A model generated the notes under the pieces. The model had not been told where the DNA came from. It did no database searches and worked only from the letters and a program-made list of their open reading frames with translations. From a virus, in IMG/VR virus record IMGVR_UViG_3300044949_001245, positions 1-64,000 of that record: a DNA stretch of 64,000 nucleotides; one strand, given 5' to 3'. Below, piece after piece: positions 21,169-30,130 of the stretch; within the stretch, counting starts at the first letter, position 1; each line of letters opens with the position of its first letter. Both the position numbers and the translations under genes were made by a program.

Positions 21169-21529
21169 CGCCCTCATCAATTTCATCGGTATCGAAATTG
21201 TAAAGGTCATCGACAATAGGTTTGTACCACTTCAGGAAATTCTGCTTGAAATCTTTAACAATTTGTTTAGCAACAAATGGGTCAACCTCTCGCCAATTTT
21301 TGACCTTCAAATCGTGTTTTAGTTCTGGGACTAACACGCTAAAATAAGCAAGTGCGTCAGCAAGGTCAAGCGCAAAGGCTTGTGTCCTTAATCCACCGAT
21401 GGCCATTTCTACATATCTGCCTCCTGTGATTGCCAACTTGAATGCTTCGATGTCTTGGAGTTGACCTACGTTGGGAAATTCGACATCATAGTCATTTCCG
21501 CAAATGTTTACAATTGTTCTCTTTACCAT
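21146..21529 (-). CDS. Tail assembly chaperone
   Basis: 127 aa; FPNVGQLQDIE motif; synteny. Confidence 0.6.
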   Translation of the reverse strand: MVKRTIVNICGNDYDVEFPNVGQLQDIEAFKLAITGGRYVEMAIGGLRTQAFALDLADALAYFSVLVPELKHDLKVKNWREVDPFVAKQIVKDFKQNFLKWYKPIVDDLYNFDTDEIDEGDGQEQEK

Positions 21530-21555
21530 TTTGTTTAATTTTTACTTTACTAGTT

Positions 21556-21589
21556 AAAAAAGTGGTGGGTCATTAACATACCCACCACT
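21556..21589 (-). terminator. Rho-independent terminator
   Basis: Minus strand AGUGGUGGGU-loop-ACCCACCACU followed by a U-tract. Confidence 0.85.
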
Positions 21590-21620
21590 CATTCCGTTTT
21601 TAAGGCAATCGCCAACTAGA

Positions 21621-21791
21621 TTATTTTTTCTTAATCTTGTCGACAATGCTCCAGATAGTACCAGCGATGGCTATTGCAGCACCGATGATTTCAGATACCA
21701 AACCTGCTTCGGCAACTCCGTAAGCTACCAGCAAACCGCCAACAAAAGTTAGCACGTGCCTTACTGTTCCTAGAACTTGTTCTTGTTTCAT
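21621..21791 (-). CDS. Small two-TM holin-like membrane protein (56 aa, below the ORF-track cutoff)
   Basis: Hand translation: MKQEQVLGTVRHVLTFVGGLLVAYGVAEAGLVSEIIGAAIAIAGTIWSIVDKIKKK. Basic C-terminus; AGGAGG upstream. Confidence 0.75.
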   Translation of the reverse strand: MKQEQVLGTVRHVLTFVGGLLVAYGVAEAGLVSEIIGAAIAIAGTIWSIVDKIKKK

Positions 21792-21812
21792 GATATATTC
21801 CTCCTTTTTTGG

Positions 21813-22184
21813 TTAGATGTTCACGTTGATACTACATCCAGGTGCTACACGACCTACTTGGAACGTGAATTCACGAACTTCGATGCCGTCAGAGAACTCA
21901 GTATTTGGGAAAGCACAAAGTAAACAAACTGAACAAGCACCAACAGGGAAATTTTTGGATTCATTACGCTCCACATAAATGTTCGCTTGGTTGCTGTTAG
22001 TTGTATCAACAATTAACAATCCGTGGTCTGTCTCTGGGATGAGTGAGTACTTGGCTTGGAGGATGTTATTCACATACAACTGAGCCTTGATGTTAGTACA
22101 AGGATTCAAGTTGGTTGGTAAACCATTCTCAATTACTTGTACTGTAATTTTTTTGTCTTCGCCTTGCTTAAATGTCGTTGCCAT
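21813..22184 (-). CDS. Putative virion Ig-like/BppU-like beta protein
   Basis: TFKQGEDKKITVQV N-terminus; follows the tail tube gene. Confidence 0.5.
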   Translation of the reverse strand: MATTFKQGEDKKITVQVIENGLPTNLNPCTNIKAQLYVNNILQAKYSLIPETDHGLLIVDTTNSNQANIYVERNESKNFPVGACSVCLLCAFPNTEFSDGIEVREFTFQVGRVAPGCSINVNI

Positions 22185-22219
22185 TTTTCTTTATTTTTTA
22201 ATTGTTTTTAACTACCATC

Positions 22220-22705
22220 TTAAATCGGGAACAGTATCGGTGTGATGTATTCAAAATCAACATCCCTACCAGAAATCTGACCCTCAGAAATATCAAATCC
22301 CTCTTTAGTTGAGAATGCTCCGATGATGGTAGCAAAAACTTCCAAAAGTGGATAAATAATTCCTGTCGTTGGGTCTTGGTAATCTTTGACTTTTTTCATG
22401 ATGTCAATAGTGATACCAGTTTCCTGAAGAATTACAGTATCAACGAACTCCTGCAGCGTGTTTACATTACGCAGCAAGGCAGTCTTGATTAACTCATCTT
22501 GGTTGTTAAATGTGATGGAATAAAATCCAGCATTCAAAGTTCCGCTCCATTCTAGTGCGGGCACTTCACTTGGTGTCAATTCGCCAATACCTTGAACCCG
22601 ACCACGTCTTATGTTCTCAGTACAGCGAATGTTTTTCATTTTACCTATGGCCACTCCGTTGACTTTGATAATCGCTAGGGGTGCCGTCATTACTTTTACT
22701 GCCAT
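22220..22705 (-). CDS. Tail tube protein
   Basis: 161 aa after sheath; IKVNGVAIG...VQGIGELTPSE is typical of SPO1-like tubes. Confidence 0.85.
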   Translation of the reverse strand: MAVKVMTAPLAIIKVNGVAIGKMKNIRCTENIRRGRVQGIGELTPSEVPALEWSGTLNAGFYSITFNNQDELIKTALLRNVNTLQEFVDTVILQETGITIDIMKKVKDYQDPTTGIIYPLLEVFATIIGAFSTKEGFDISEGQISGRDVDFEYITPILFPI

Positions 22706-22724
22706 TGTTCTCTTTTTTTAATTG

Positions 22725-24683
22725 TTAAGCACTTAAATTAGCATCAAGCATGAACCCTGTAACGAATATCTTATTGATTGGACCATTCGGAACATACGCA
22801 TACTTGACATCGTAATAATCTTGAATCAATCGTACAGTTACATTCTTAAACGTGATAATCAAGTTATCAGTTGAGTCTGTCGCTGTTCTTGAAATCAAAT
22901 AACTCGTCACGAATGATTTTACATCCGCTGGAGTGATTGTTCCGATGTTGTTGCCTATGAATAAAGGTCTCATGTTCAAAATGAGTTCTTTGTTCAGCTG
23001 GGCAGCAATTCGCATAACGGAAATCTCAAATGAAGTCCCATCTGGGTTGATAAGCTGAGTGTTCCGTTGTAGTGAGTTGATTCCTTGATTCACTACGTTC
23101 CCAATTCCTGGTACAAATCGGTTATGGAGAACACCAGCTTGTAGTGCTTTCTCTCTTTCTTTTTGTCCCAAAGGATGAATAAAGTCAGTCCAAGTCAAAT
23201 TCTTAAATGTTATCGGTTGTTGTGGCTCCAAACCTCCTAAACGACCTACCACATTTGCAGCGTGATAGATTGAGTCTAGTTTCTCTACCCCACTTCCTCC
23301 AGCGATGGCTCTTTTAACTCCACTATGAACCACTACAACACTTGTTGTATCGAAAAATTTAGCAATTTCAATAGATGAGTCAGGCACGTTCTCAAATTTA
23401 GTGATATCACTACCGCCTCCAACAATCATGAACTTCGTCATCTCAGCATCAGTCTTAATGTGGTTGAGAATTTTCACGTTTTGAGTTCCTGTTGCTTGAG
23501 AACCCCAGCGGTCAGAAAGGAAAAATGTATTGTCTAGTTCCTTAATGGTTTCCAAAGTGTCATCTAAATCAATCGCACCATAGTTTGTAGTTCCGCCAAA
23601 AGCAAGATTCAAGTTTGTCCAGTTACTCAAATCCACTGCGTCAACCAAACCAGTTCCGTTTATCACCCAGTTATCATCTAGCTTAAATCGTTGATTGAAA
23701 GCAAAATCATTTTTTGCCCACTGAATCAAAGGGTCAATATTGTCAAACTCTACTGATGTAGCAATCAAGATAGGGGCAGATAATTGAGGACTCAAACCTC
23801 CGATGTGGTTTCCAGCCATGTCTAACCCTCTGTACGTTCCCTCATAGAACTTAATCATGAATTTGTTCGGGTCATTATCACCAGGTGTCATTAAAGCAGC
23901 ATATCCTACTGCTAGTTGAGTTCCGTTTACACCTCCAGAAAATTGAGTCACGCTTGTCGTTACTGTACCAGTTGTAGGCGCAGAAATCACCCAGCCGTTA
24001 GCAGCAGCTCCAGATATTGGTCTTGCTACTAAAATAATCTCTCCAGCCTGTTCATATGCGGTGTAGCCAACGTTTGCTGCGTTCAAATCTGATATCAAAA
24101 GTGCTCTCAAATCGGATGGCGATGTTGTAATAGCAGTTGATGTAACTAAAGGAATTGCTCCAGAGCCTTCATCGACAGCTATCGTAACACTTGAACCTAT
24201 CACTATTGGACCACTCACTGAAACTTTACCTTTGGCTAAAATTTCATCCTCATATCCATTCCCACATTGACCCTCATTCTTACACAAGAAATTAACAGAA
24301 CCTCCGTTTGGACCACCTCCAACAAAGCCATAACCTATTTGGGCTGGAGTTGTATTCGCTGCTCTAGTAAGATAAACTGTTTGTGGTCCATTTGCCCCAG
24401 ATGCTGGTGAGAAAATGTATCCTGCTAAATCATACAAAAGTCCGCCACGCACGAAATTTTGGAAATCACTTACATCGGAAAATGAATAAACTGATGAAAG
24501 TCCTTCATCCATAGCTCCATTCATTCCTGAACCGCCTCCATATTTTGCGCCCGAACCAGTGTCGATGATGCAGACATTCCCGAATGAGAATGTGGTTGGC
24601 TGAGGTGGAATACCGCTTTTAACAATCGCATATACTCCAGGCTCAATTATTCTTTTGCCGCCAAAATTTACTATCGTTGCCAT
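22725..24683 (-). CDS. Tail sheath protein
   Basis: IIEPGVY N-terminus; PITFKNL...ALQAGVL...VVNQGIN...EISVMRI sheath C-terminal domain. Confidence 0.92.
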   Translation of the reverse strand: MATIVNFGGKRIIEPGVYAIVKSGIPPQPTTFSFGNVCIIDTGSGAKYGGGSGMNGAMDEGLSSVYSFSDVSDFQNFVRGGLLYDLAGYIFSPASGANGPQTVYLTRAANTTPAQIGYGFVGGGPNGGSVNFLCKNEGQCGNGYEDEILAKGKVSVSGPIVIGSSVTIAVDEGSGAIPLVTSTAITTSPSDLRALLISDLNAANVGYTAYEQAGEIILVARPISGAAANGWVISAPTTGTVTTSVTQFSGGVNGTQLAVGYAALMTPGDNDPNKFMIKFYEGTYRGLDMAGNHIGGLSPQLSAPILIATSVEFDNIDPLIQWAKNDFAFNQRFKLDDNWVINGTGLVDAVDLSNWTNLNLAFGGTTNYGAIDLDDTLETIKELDNTFFLSDRWGSQATGTQNVKILNHIKTDAEMTKFMIVGGGSDITKFENVPDSSIEIAKFFDTTSVVVVHSGVKRAIAGGSGVEKLDSIYHAANVVGRLGGLEPQQPITFKNLTWTDFIHPLGQKEREKALQAGVLHNRFVPGIGNVVNQGINSLQRNTQLINPDGTSFEISVMRIAAQLNKELILNMRPLFIGNNIGTITPADVKSFVTSYLISRTATDSTDNLIITFKNVTVRLIQDYYDVKYAYVPNGPINKIFVTGFMLDANLSA

Positions 24684-24696
24684 TCAGTCTTAATTT

Positions 24697-24933
24697 TTAT
24701 TGTTTGTTATTATTCTCTTCACTTTCTTTTGAAGCCTTGTTTTTCTTTGCCTTTTCTTGCACTTTTTCAAGTTTCTTTATTTTAAGATAGGCTGTATCAT
24801 CAAAGACATACTCAGTCTTCAACTTTTCGTACCATTCATCTTCTGTGAGTTCAATGTTTCCATAAACCTTTTTGGCAACTTCAACATCTTTACCCTTGAA
24901 TGAATACTTTTTCGCAAATTCTACTACAGTCAT
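24697..24933 (-). CDS. Hypothetical protein
   Basis: 78 aa; precedes sheath, as in SPO1-like phages. Confidence 0.7.
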   Translation of the reverse strand: MTVVEFAKKYSFKGKDVEVAKKVYGNIELTEDEWYEKLKTEYVFDDTAYLKIKKLEKVQEKAKKNKASKESEENNNKQ

Positions 24934-25634
24934 GTTGTTTCCGCATTGTTTGATTGAATAATACCTGTTACTTGGAAATCTTTTATCATCCTATTGCGCA
25001 AAATATCAGGCACGTGTACCTCATACTTAAAATTCAAACTCAACGACCTGTGGAATATATGAGGAGGCACTAAATCACCAGCCAACTGTATATCCTGACC
25101 TGATATTTTCGGCAATCTCAATCCAGAAAGTTCTATGTGAGTGTATAAACTTATCAAAGATGCTTTCAGCAAGTTGTAAATCAATAATACCTCCAATGTA
25201 CTCTCTGACGTTATTATCAAGTTGTAAGTTGCGTCAAACATTTCCGTAAAAATCGCTTGGTAGGTGTCTTGATGTTTGTTCTCTTGATATCCGATGTAGT
25301 TTTCATCAGCCCCTATCCCCAGTGGTTGACCGCTTTCAGATGGGAGCAATATATGAATACAAGCAATATCAGACACCTCCATGTTGTATCCTAGATTGAC
25401 TTGAATTTTATTTTTGTGAACGAACAACTCTTTTGCCTGTTCAAAATAGTGGAATGTCTCCCACTTTACATCTTGTCCACATTCATTCTTTGCGAAATAA
25501 TGGTACAGGATTGTATCTTCCACCTGATGTGAATTGAAGTCATTTCTTACTATCTCCAATATGGAATTCAGCGTGTGGTAAAGTACGACCTCTGGCATTA
25601 GCACCGCTGGTGAATCAATTATCTTAACTGCCAT
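24930..25634 (-). CDS. Tail terminator/completion protein
   Basis: 234 aa neck-module gene upstream of sheath; synteny. Confidence 0.6.
   Translation of the reverse strand: MAVKIIDSPAVLMPEVVLYHTLNSILEIVRNDFNSHQVEDTILYHYFAKNECGQDVKWETFHYFEQAKELFVHKNKIQVNLGYNMEVSDIACIHILLPSESGQPLGIGADENYIGYQENKHQDTYQAIFTEMFDATYNLIITSESTLEVLLIYNLLKASLISLYTHIELSGLRLPKISGQDIQLAGDLVPPHIFHRSLSLNFKYEVHVPDILRNRMIKDFQVTGIIQSNNAETT
24959..24971 (-). promoter_or_regulatory. Candidate late promoter (GTAACAGGTATTA)
   Basis: Exact 13-mer also at 30118 and 35930; 26 nt upstream of ATG 24933. Confidence 0.65.
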
Positions 25635-26427
25635 AACCTAAATTTGCTAAAACTTCATCAACTTTATTTTCTACAACTGTATTCACATCGGTGCGACCTA
25701 TTGCTCCACCTAACAAATTGTATGCCTTTATGCCTTGGTGAATCCAAGAAAGTGGGTCACTAGCAGCACCAACTCTCCTAAAAGTCATGTATGTATTTTG
25801 AGTTGTTTTTCCGTATGCTCCGACCTTTTTAACCATTCCCTCAAACATTCCTGACTTATGTTTGTACTCAGGTATGTCGATGTTTTGACTTGGAATCACT
25901 ATTCGTTGTCTTGATTGTGGAATATCGTATGGCGATGGTGTTTCAGATTTTTTTAAGCCTTGATTTGCTGGTTTCGCTTTCATTATCTTGTGAATGCTTT
26001 TAGGCATTATGTTGCTGAAAGCAGCATTCTCCCCTACTATTCCTGGAGTTCCAATCCTAAATGGAATAGTCAAATACCACCTGTACTCAGTTTCGCCAGT
26101 TTCTTTGTTAAAAACAGGTGAATACTTTACATTCTTTGATTTTCTAAATCCCTCTTTCATGTCGAATGGACCAACGCCAGTTTCAATCATGTTATTCAAA
26201 ACACCCCTCAAAACTATCCGTTTGCTGTACCTAGAAACATCCTCTATGTCCAACCCCTCTACATAATTTGTTCTTGTGGATTTGAGCTTGTCTGATGCCT
26301 CTCTTTTCCAGCTCTCATAGATTGACTGGGTAACTTCCATTACACATTGCTCCACTATCGTATCAGCTACATTAGCAGGCAAATTCAGTTCCTGAATTAA
26401 GTCATCTATGTTTAATTGGATATTCAT
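25624..26427 (-). CDS. Neck/tail completion protein
   Basis: NMIETGVGPFDMK...YLTIPFR...YMTFRRV...SWIHQG, as in Herelleviridae-like neck proteins. Confidence 0.7.
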   Translation of the reverse strand: MNIQLNIDDLIQELNLPANVADTIVEQCVMEVTQSIYESWKREASDKLKSTRTNYVEGLDIEDVSRYSKRIVLRGVLNNMIETGVGPFDMKEGFRKSKNVKYSPVFNKETGETEYRWYLTIPFRIGTPGIVGENAAFSNIMPKSIHKIMKAKPANQGLKKSETPSPYDIPQSRQRIVIPSQNIDIPEYKHKSGMFEGMVKKVGAYGKTTQNTYMTFRRVGAASDPLSWIHQGIKAYNLLGGAIGRTDVNTVVENKVDEVLANLGYGS

Positions 26428-27233
26428 TTCGTTGAATTTTCTATTAACCGCCCTTGTTCTTCATATTTCGTGTTATCGAATATGTAGTGTGCCTTTCTAG
26501 CCAAACCACCTATCGGCATATTGGCTAATTGTTCATAACTGTATGAGCAGTCTTTCTCTCTCACTTTCATGATATCCCTATTCATGTCAATCACGTGGTA
26601 TGTAAGACAATGTCTATATCGTATTGATATGGATAAATCATTCATGGAGTTGTAATTGGAATCCAAAACAATCTTGAATCCATCTATGGTAAAATCACTA
26701 CCCTCTTTTAATGGAAGTAAAGGTTGCTTATCATTCTGAAAAAGATATATTGATTCAATCTCTAAAACCTCGTAAATTGTAAAAGCAACTTGTTTGCCTC
26801 CGACTTGTCTAGTGCGTATGACCTCATTGAAATATCCCTCTACTTCACGCAAAATTATCCTATCCATAAAAGCAAGTTTGTCAGTTGCTCTGGCTGTCAC
26901 TTTAGCCATGCCTGTCGTAACTTGACTCCAATTCTCATACTTCACGTCAGCCTTTATCTGCTGAACCGCAATCCTTGTTTCTATTCTGTTTACAAAAATC
27001 CAACCAAGTCCAACACAGTTGTTACAACTCACCAAAGGCTGTCCTGTTCCCTTAACAGTACAAGGACATCTGAGTGCTCTATCAATCCAAACTTCGTACC
27101 CTTTATCAAATACAAGACTATCAAACCTCCATGGTTGAAACCTAACCTGGTGCTCTGTAGTTTCGGGTGGCGTCACTGTCACAACAGGCTTGTTTCTTCC
27201 ATCCGTTTTGATTATGTTCGCTTTCTTATTCAT
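26424..27233 (-). CDS. Head closure/neck protein
   Basis: RALRCPC...CNNCVGLG zinc motif, typical of this position. Confidence 0.7.
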   Translation of the reverse strand: MNKKANIIKTDGRNKPVVTVTPPETTEHQVRFQPWRFDSLVFDKGYEVWIDRALRCPCTVKGTGQPLVSCNNCVGLGWIFVNRIETRIAVQQIKADVKYENWSQVTTGMAKVTARATDKLAFMDRIILREVEGYFNEVIRTRQVGGKQVAFTIYEVLEIESIYLFQNDKQPLLPLKEGSDFTIDGFKIVLDSNYNSMNDLSISIRYRHCLTYHVIDMNRDIMKVREKDCSYSYEQLANMPIGGLARKAHYIFDNTKYEEQGRLIENSTK

Positions 27234-27235
27234 TC

Positions 27236-28027
27236 TTACAGAACATTAAATCTGATTCCATAATACTCTGCTCTCAAATTTTGTAGTTGAACCCCTAGTT
27301 CATCCGCATATTGCTTTATTCTACCTGAGAATGCTCCCCCTCCGCCACTTTTAGTGGTGGAATAAGACTGGCTAATACCATCTATGGATATACTCTGGTT
27401 TCCTACCCCCGCACCATATATCAAATCGCCAGTAATCGCCAGAATTTGGATGGCAGCAGCTTTGGCTACAGCGTCAACTAAATCCGCTGGGCATTTATCC
27501 CAACCTGTACAATATTTCAATCTCCAATAGTTAGGTATAAAATCAGTTCCAAAAAATCCCAAGTGCGGTGTAATGCCCGAAAACACGAACGCATGTTGAC
27601 TCATTTGAGCACCGCCTTTCGTGTTTGGAATCAAATACAAGTTCCTGAACTTCGTTGGGTCATTGCCTCGCTTTATGCTCAACCATTCCTCTGGATAGCT
27701 CACTTGCTTTATGTTGTTTATGTATCCCAAAAGTCCAAGTGGCTCTTTTATCGGGAACACAGTCTTGATGTAACCCCATCTGTAAAACTCATTCCGTATG
27801 AAATCGTGATTTTCCCAGATTATTTGTTTCTTGAGCTTTATGGACAAAAAATTCTCTAGCTGCTTTTGCGCAACTTCAATTTTTTGTTTGATTGTTTCCA
27901 TACTCAATGTGCTTCCATCAGGATAGCAGAGTGGAATGCCTGTTAGGTACAACTCTATTAACGATGAAGGACTGATAACCAGCCCTTCATTTACGTTGTA
28001 CTTTACTTTCAAAGTCATAGTACTCAT
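27236..28027 (-). CDS. Head-tail adaptor protein
   Basis: LKYCTGW...PADL...GAGVGNQSISIDGISQS. Confidence 0.75.
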   Translation of the reverse strand: MSTMTLKVKYNVNEGLVISPSSLIELYLTGIPLCYPDGSTLSMETIKQKIEVAQKQLENFLSIKLKKQIIWENHDFIRNEFYRWGYIKTVFPIKEPLGLLGYINNIKQVSYPEEWLSIKRGNDPTKFRNLYLIPNTKGGAQMSQHAFVFSGITPHLGFFGTDFIPNYWRLKYCTGWDKCPADLVDAVAKAAAIQILAITGDLIYGAGVGNQSISIDGISQSYSTTKSGGGGAFSGRIKQYADELGVQLQNLRAEYYGIRFNVL

Positions 28028-28049
28028 ATTCTCAAAATTTGGCTGCTAA

Positions 28050-28487
28050 TTACTTCGCATTTTTACGCAGAAAGTTTATCATGAGTTTTTTTGACTTGGC
28101 ATATTTTGAATAGTCCTCTTCAGTGAACCCTGCTTGTTCAGCAATCTCTTTTAGCTCACTCAAGGTCATTTCATCCAAGCCATCTTCCTCTTTAGTTTCC
28201 TGTTCTGACGTTTCCTCTTTAATAGATGTTACTTCTTGCTCCTTGACTTCTAAAACGACTTCCTCAGCAAGTTTATCAGCATACAGTTCTTCAGTCACTG
28301 TCGTTCCGTTGCCTTTAACTAACTGGTATGAGTCTGTCTTGGTAAGTAACAATGTTGCTACTGTGTCCTCTACCTCTAGGTTGCCATTTGCTTCCACGAT
28401 TGTTTCTCCGATGGTTGGCAAAATTATTTTGCCGCCCCATAAATTTTTGTTTGTTGCTCTCAACAATACTTTTTCTGATTTTTGCAT
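28050..28487 (-). CDS. Hypothetical protein with C-terminal Rho-N/HeH-like helical motif
   Basis: LDEMTLSELKEIA...SKKLMINFL; follows the capsid gene. Confidence 0.65.
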   Translation of the reverse strand: MQKSEKVLLRATNKNLWGGKIILPTIGETIVEANGNLEVEDTVATLLLTKTDSYQLVKGNGTTVTEELYADKLAEEVVLEVKEQEVTSIKEETSEQETKEEDGLDEMTLSELKEIAEQAGFTEEDYSKYAKSKKLMINFLRKNAK

Positions 28488-28512
28488 GACTTCGTTTTTA
28501 ATTGTTAATACT

Positions 28513-28549
28513 AAAAAGGGTGAGCAGATAAATACCCACCCACCCTTTT
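28513..28549 (-). terminator. Rho-independent terminator after major capsid gene
   Basis: Minus strand GGGUGGGUGGGUA/UAUCUGCUCACCC stem with G-U pairs, then a U-tract. Confidence 0.85.
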
Positions 28550-28575
28550 AACTTTGTATCACAGTTGGTTTCCTA

Positions 28576-30072
28576 TTACAGTGAACCGATGTTAATGAAA
28601 CGAACCATTTTCTTTGGCGCATACAGGAAAGGTGTTCCGTACAGCAAAATCATAAATCGGTACGCTGGACTCAAGATAGCCAAATCCATTTTCATCAGCG
28701 GAGCAAGTTGAGCAAACTCTACAACTTCATTATCCATTTGGAAAAGGATTGCTTGGTCAGTGTTCGGCATAAATCGGTTGCGGTCACGAACTGTACCAGC
28801 AGAAGCACCATCGTAACCCGCAGTGTTCTCAGCTACTGAGACATCAAACAAAGGATAGAAAGTAGCACCCGCAAAAGTGGTAGCATTCTTATTTGACCTG
28901 TAAATTCTGTACGATGTAGCTGGGGTTGTACCACCACCATCGGTAAAGTCAAGGTTAATTGAACCGCCAGCAACTACCGCAGCAGGAGCAGTTCCAATTT
29001 GTGTTAGGGCAGTTTCTCCGTATCTGTTCACGGCTGATACCGCATAGATGTAGTTTCCAGCGTCAGTTGTACTCCATTTAGAACTAGCATCAACAGCCAC
29101 AGGGGTCAAAGATACTGAAGTCACTGGGTTTGGCGCACTAGGTGATGTTGCCGAAGATGTTGAAGTTTTTGAAGGCAACTTCTTGAAGAAAATATCGTAA
29201 TTCAAACCAATTCGACCAAATTGTGAATCGAATGATTGAACACGCTGACCCATTACACCAGCTGAGGTCATTTCGGTGTTCGGCTGGATGAACTTGTTTC
29301 CATAGAACCCTTTAACGAAATCAGACATCACTTTTGGCGGAGCAAAAAGCTGGTTACCCAAACCAAAGTTTTCAACGATGCCATTCGCACCTGTTTCGAT
29401 GCTCTCCTCATCTAGTGCTGCGCCACGAAGGTCAACAACCACTTCTGAGTTCATGTATGAATCAAGGTTCAACCAGTTGTCGTTACGCTGATGTTGCGCC
29501 AAAAATCCGTTGAATTCTTGCGGAACCAAAGCCTCATCACCGAAATAAAGTGATTGGTTGATTTTACGCAAAATCCACATAGTTCCGTTCTTGATTTCAC
29601 GCTCCACGATGTTACCAACCATGTTGTTAACAAGTGTCATCGGATGAGTAACACTTTTTGTTACACCCAAGAACTTCACTAATTGCGCACGTCTGATGTA
29701 CAATGAGTCCTCTTCATTCGGCAATTCGCCCTCGTTGTAGAAACCACCTCTGTTAGTACCATAAGAGGACAATTGGTTGTATTCTTCAACAGTGTTGAAA
29801 GCAGACTTTTTCGGCACAACTTTCCATAGTGCGATGTCGCTTTCCTTAAATGTGAGGTGTTTCAAAGTCTTGTCCAGACTTTCAACTTTTAACGGAGCAC
29901 CCGATGCTGTCGACAAGTCTGTTGTTTCACGACCTGTAATCTGACCAGCTTCAAGTGCTTTGTTCAACTGGTTCAATTCTTCCATGTTTGAACCACCGAA
30001 AACTGCTCCCTGGCCGTTACCAGCATTCGCAGCAGCATTGGCATAATCTGCCAAATTTAATCCTAAACTCAT
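28576..30072 (-). CDS. Major capsid protein
   Basis: GAPLKVESLDKTLKHLT, TVEEYNQ, FYNEG, KFLGVTKSV, LFYGD-like and FNG motifs of SPO1/Twort-like capsids; strongly biased codon usage. Confidence 0.93.
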   Translation of the reverse strand: MSLGLNLADYANAAANAGNGQGAVFGGSNMEELNQLNKALEAGQITGRETTDLSTASGAPLKVESLDKTLKHLTFKESDIALWKVVPKKSAFNTVEEYNQLSSYGTNRGGFYNEGELPNEEDSLYIRRAQLVKFLGVTKSVTHPMTLVNNMVGNIVEREIKNGTMWILRKINQSLYFGDEALVPQEFNGFLAQHQRNDNWLNLDSYMNSEVVVDLRGAALDEESIETGANGIVENFGLGNQLFAPPKVMSDFVKGFYGNKFIQPNTEMTSAGVMGQRVQSFDSQFGRIGLNYDIFFKKLPSKTSTSSATSPSAPNPVTSVSLTPVAVDASSKWSTTDAGNYIYAVSAVNRYGETALTQIGTAPAAVVAGGSINLDFTDGGGTTPATSYRIYRSNKNATTFAGATFYPLFDVSVAENTAGYDGASAGTVRDRNRFMPNTDQAILFQMDNEVVEFAQLAPLMKMDLAILSPAYRFMILLYGTPFLYAPKKMVRFINIGSL

Positions 30073-30117
30073 AGCTCTGTTTTTTAATTGTTTGTTAAAA
30101 CTCTTTAATTGTTTGTA

Positions 30118-30130
30118 TAATACCTGTTAC
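30118..30130 (-). promoter_or_regulatory. Candidate late promoter (GTAACAGGTATTA) for the major capsid gene
   Basis: Exact 13-mer, 46 nt upstream of the capsid ATG. Confidence 0.65.

Noticed and set aside
20809-21529. Programmed -1 frameshift between the tail chaperone and the next ORF (GGAAAAA before the stop)
   Set aside because: The downstream ORF is in the +1 frame, has its own ATG at 21168, and there is no canonical XXXYYYZ site.
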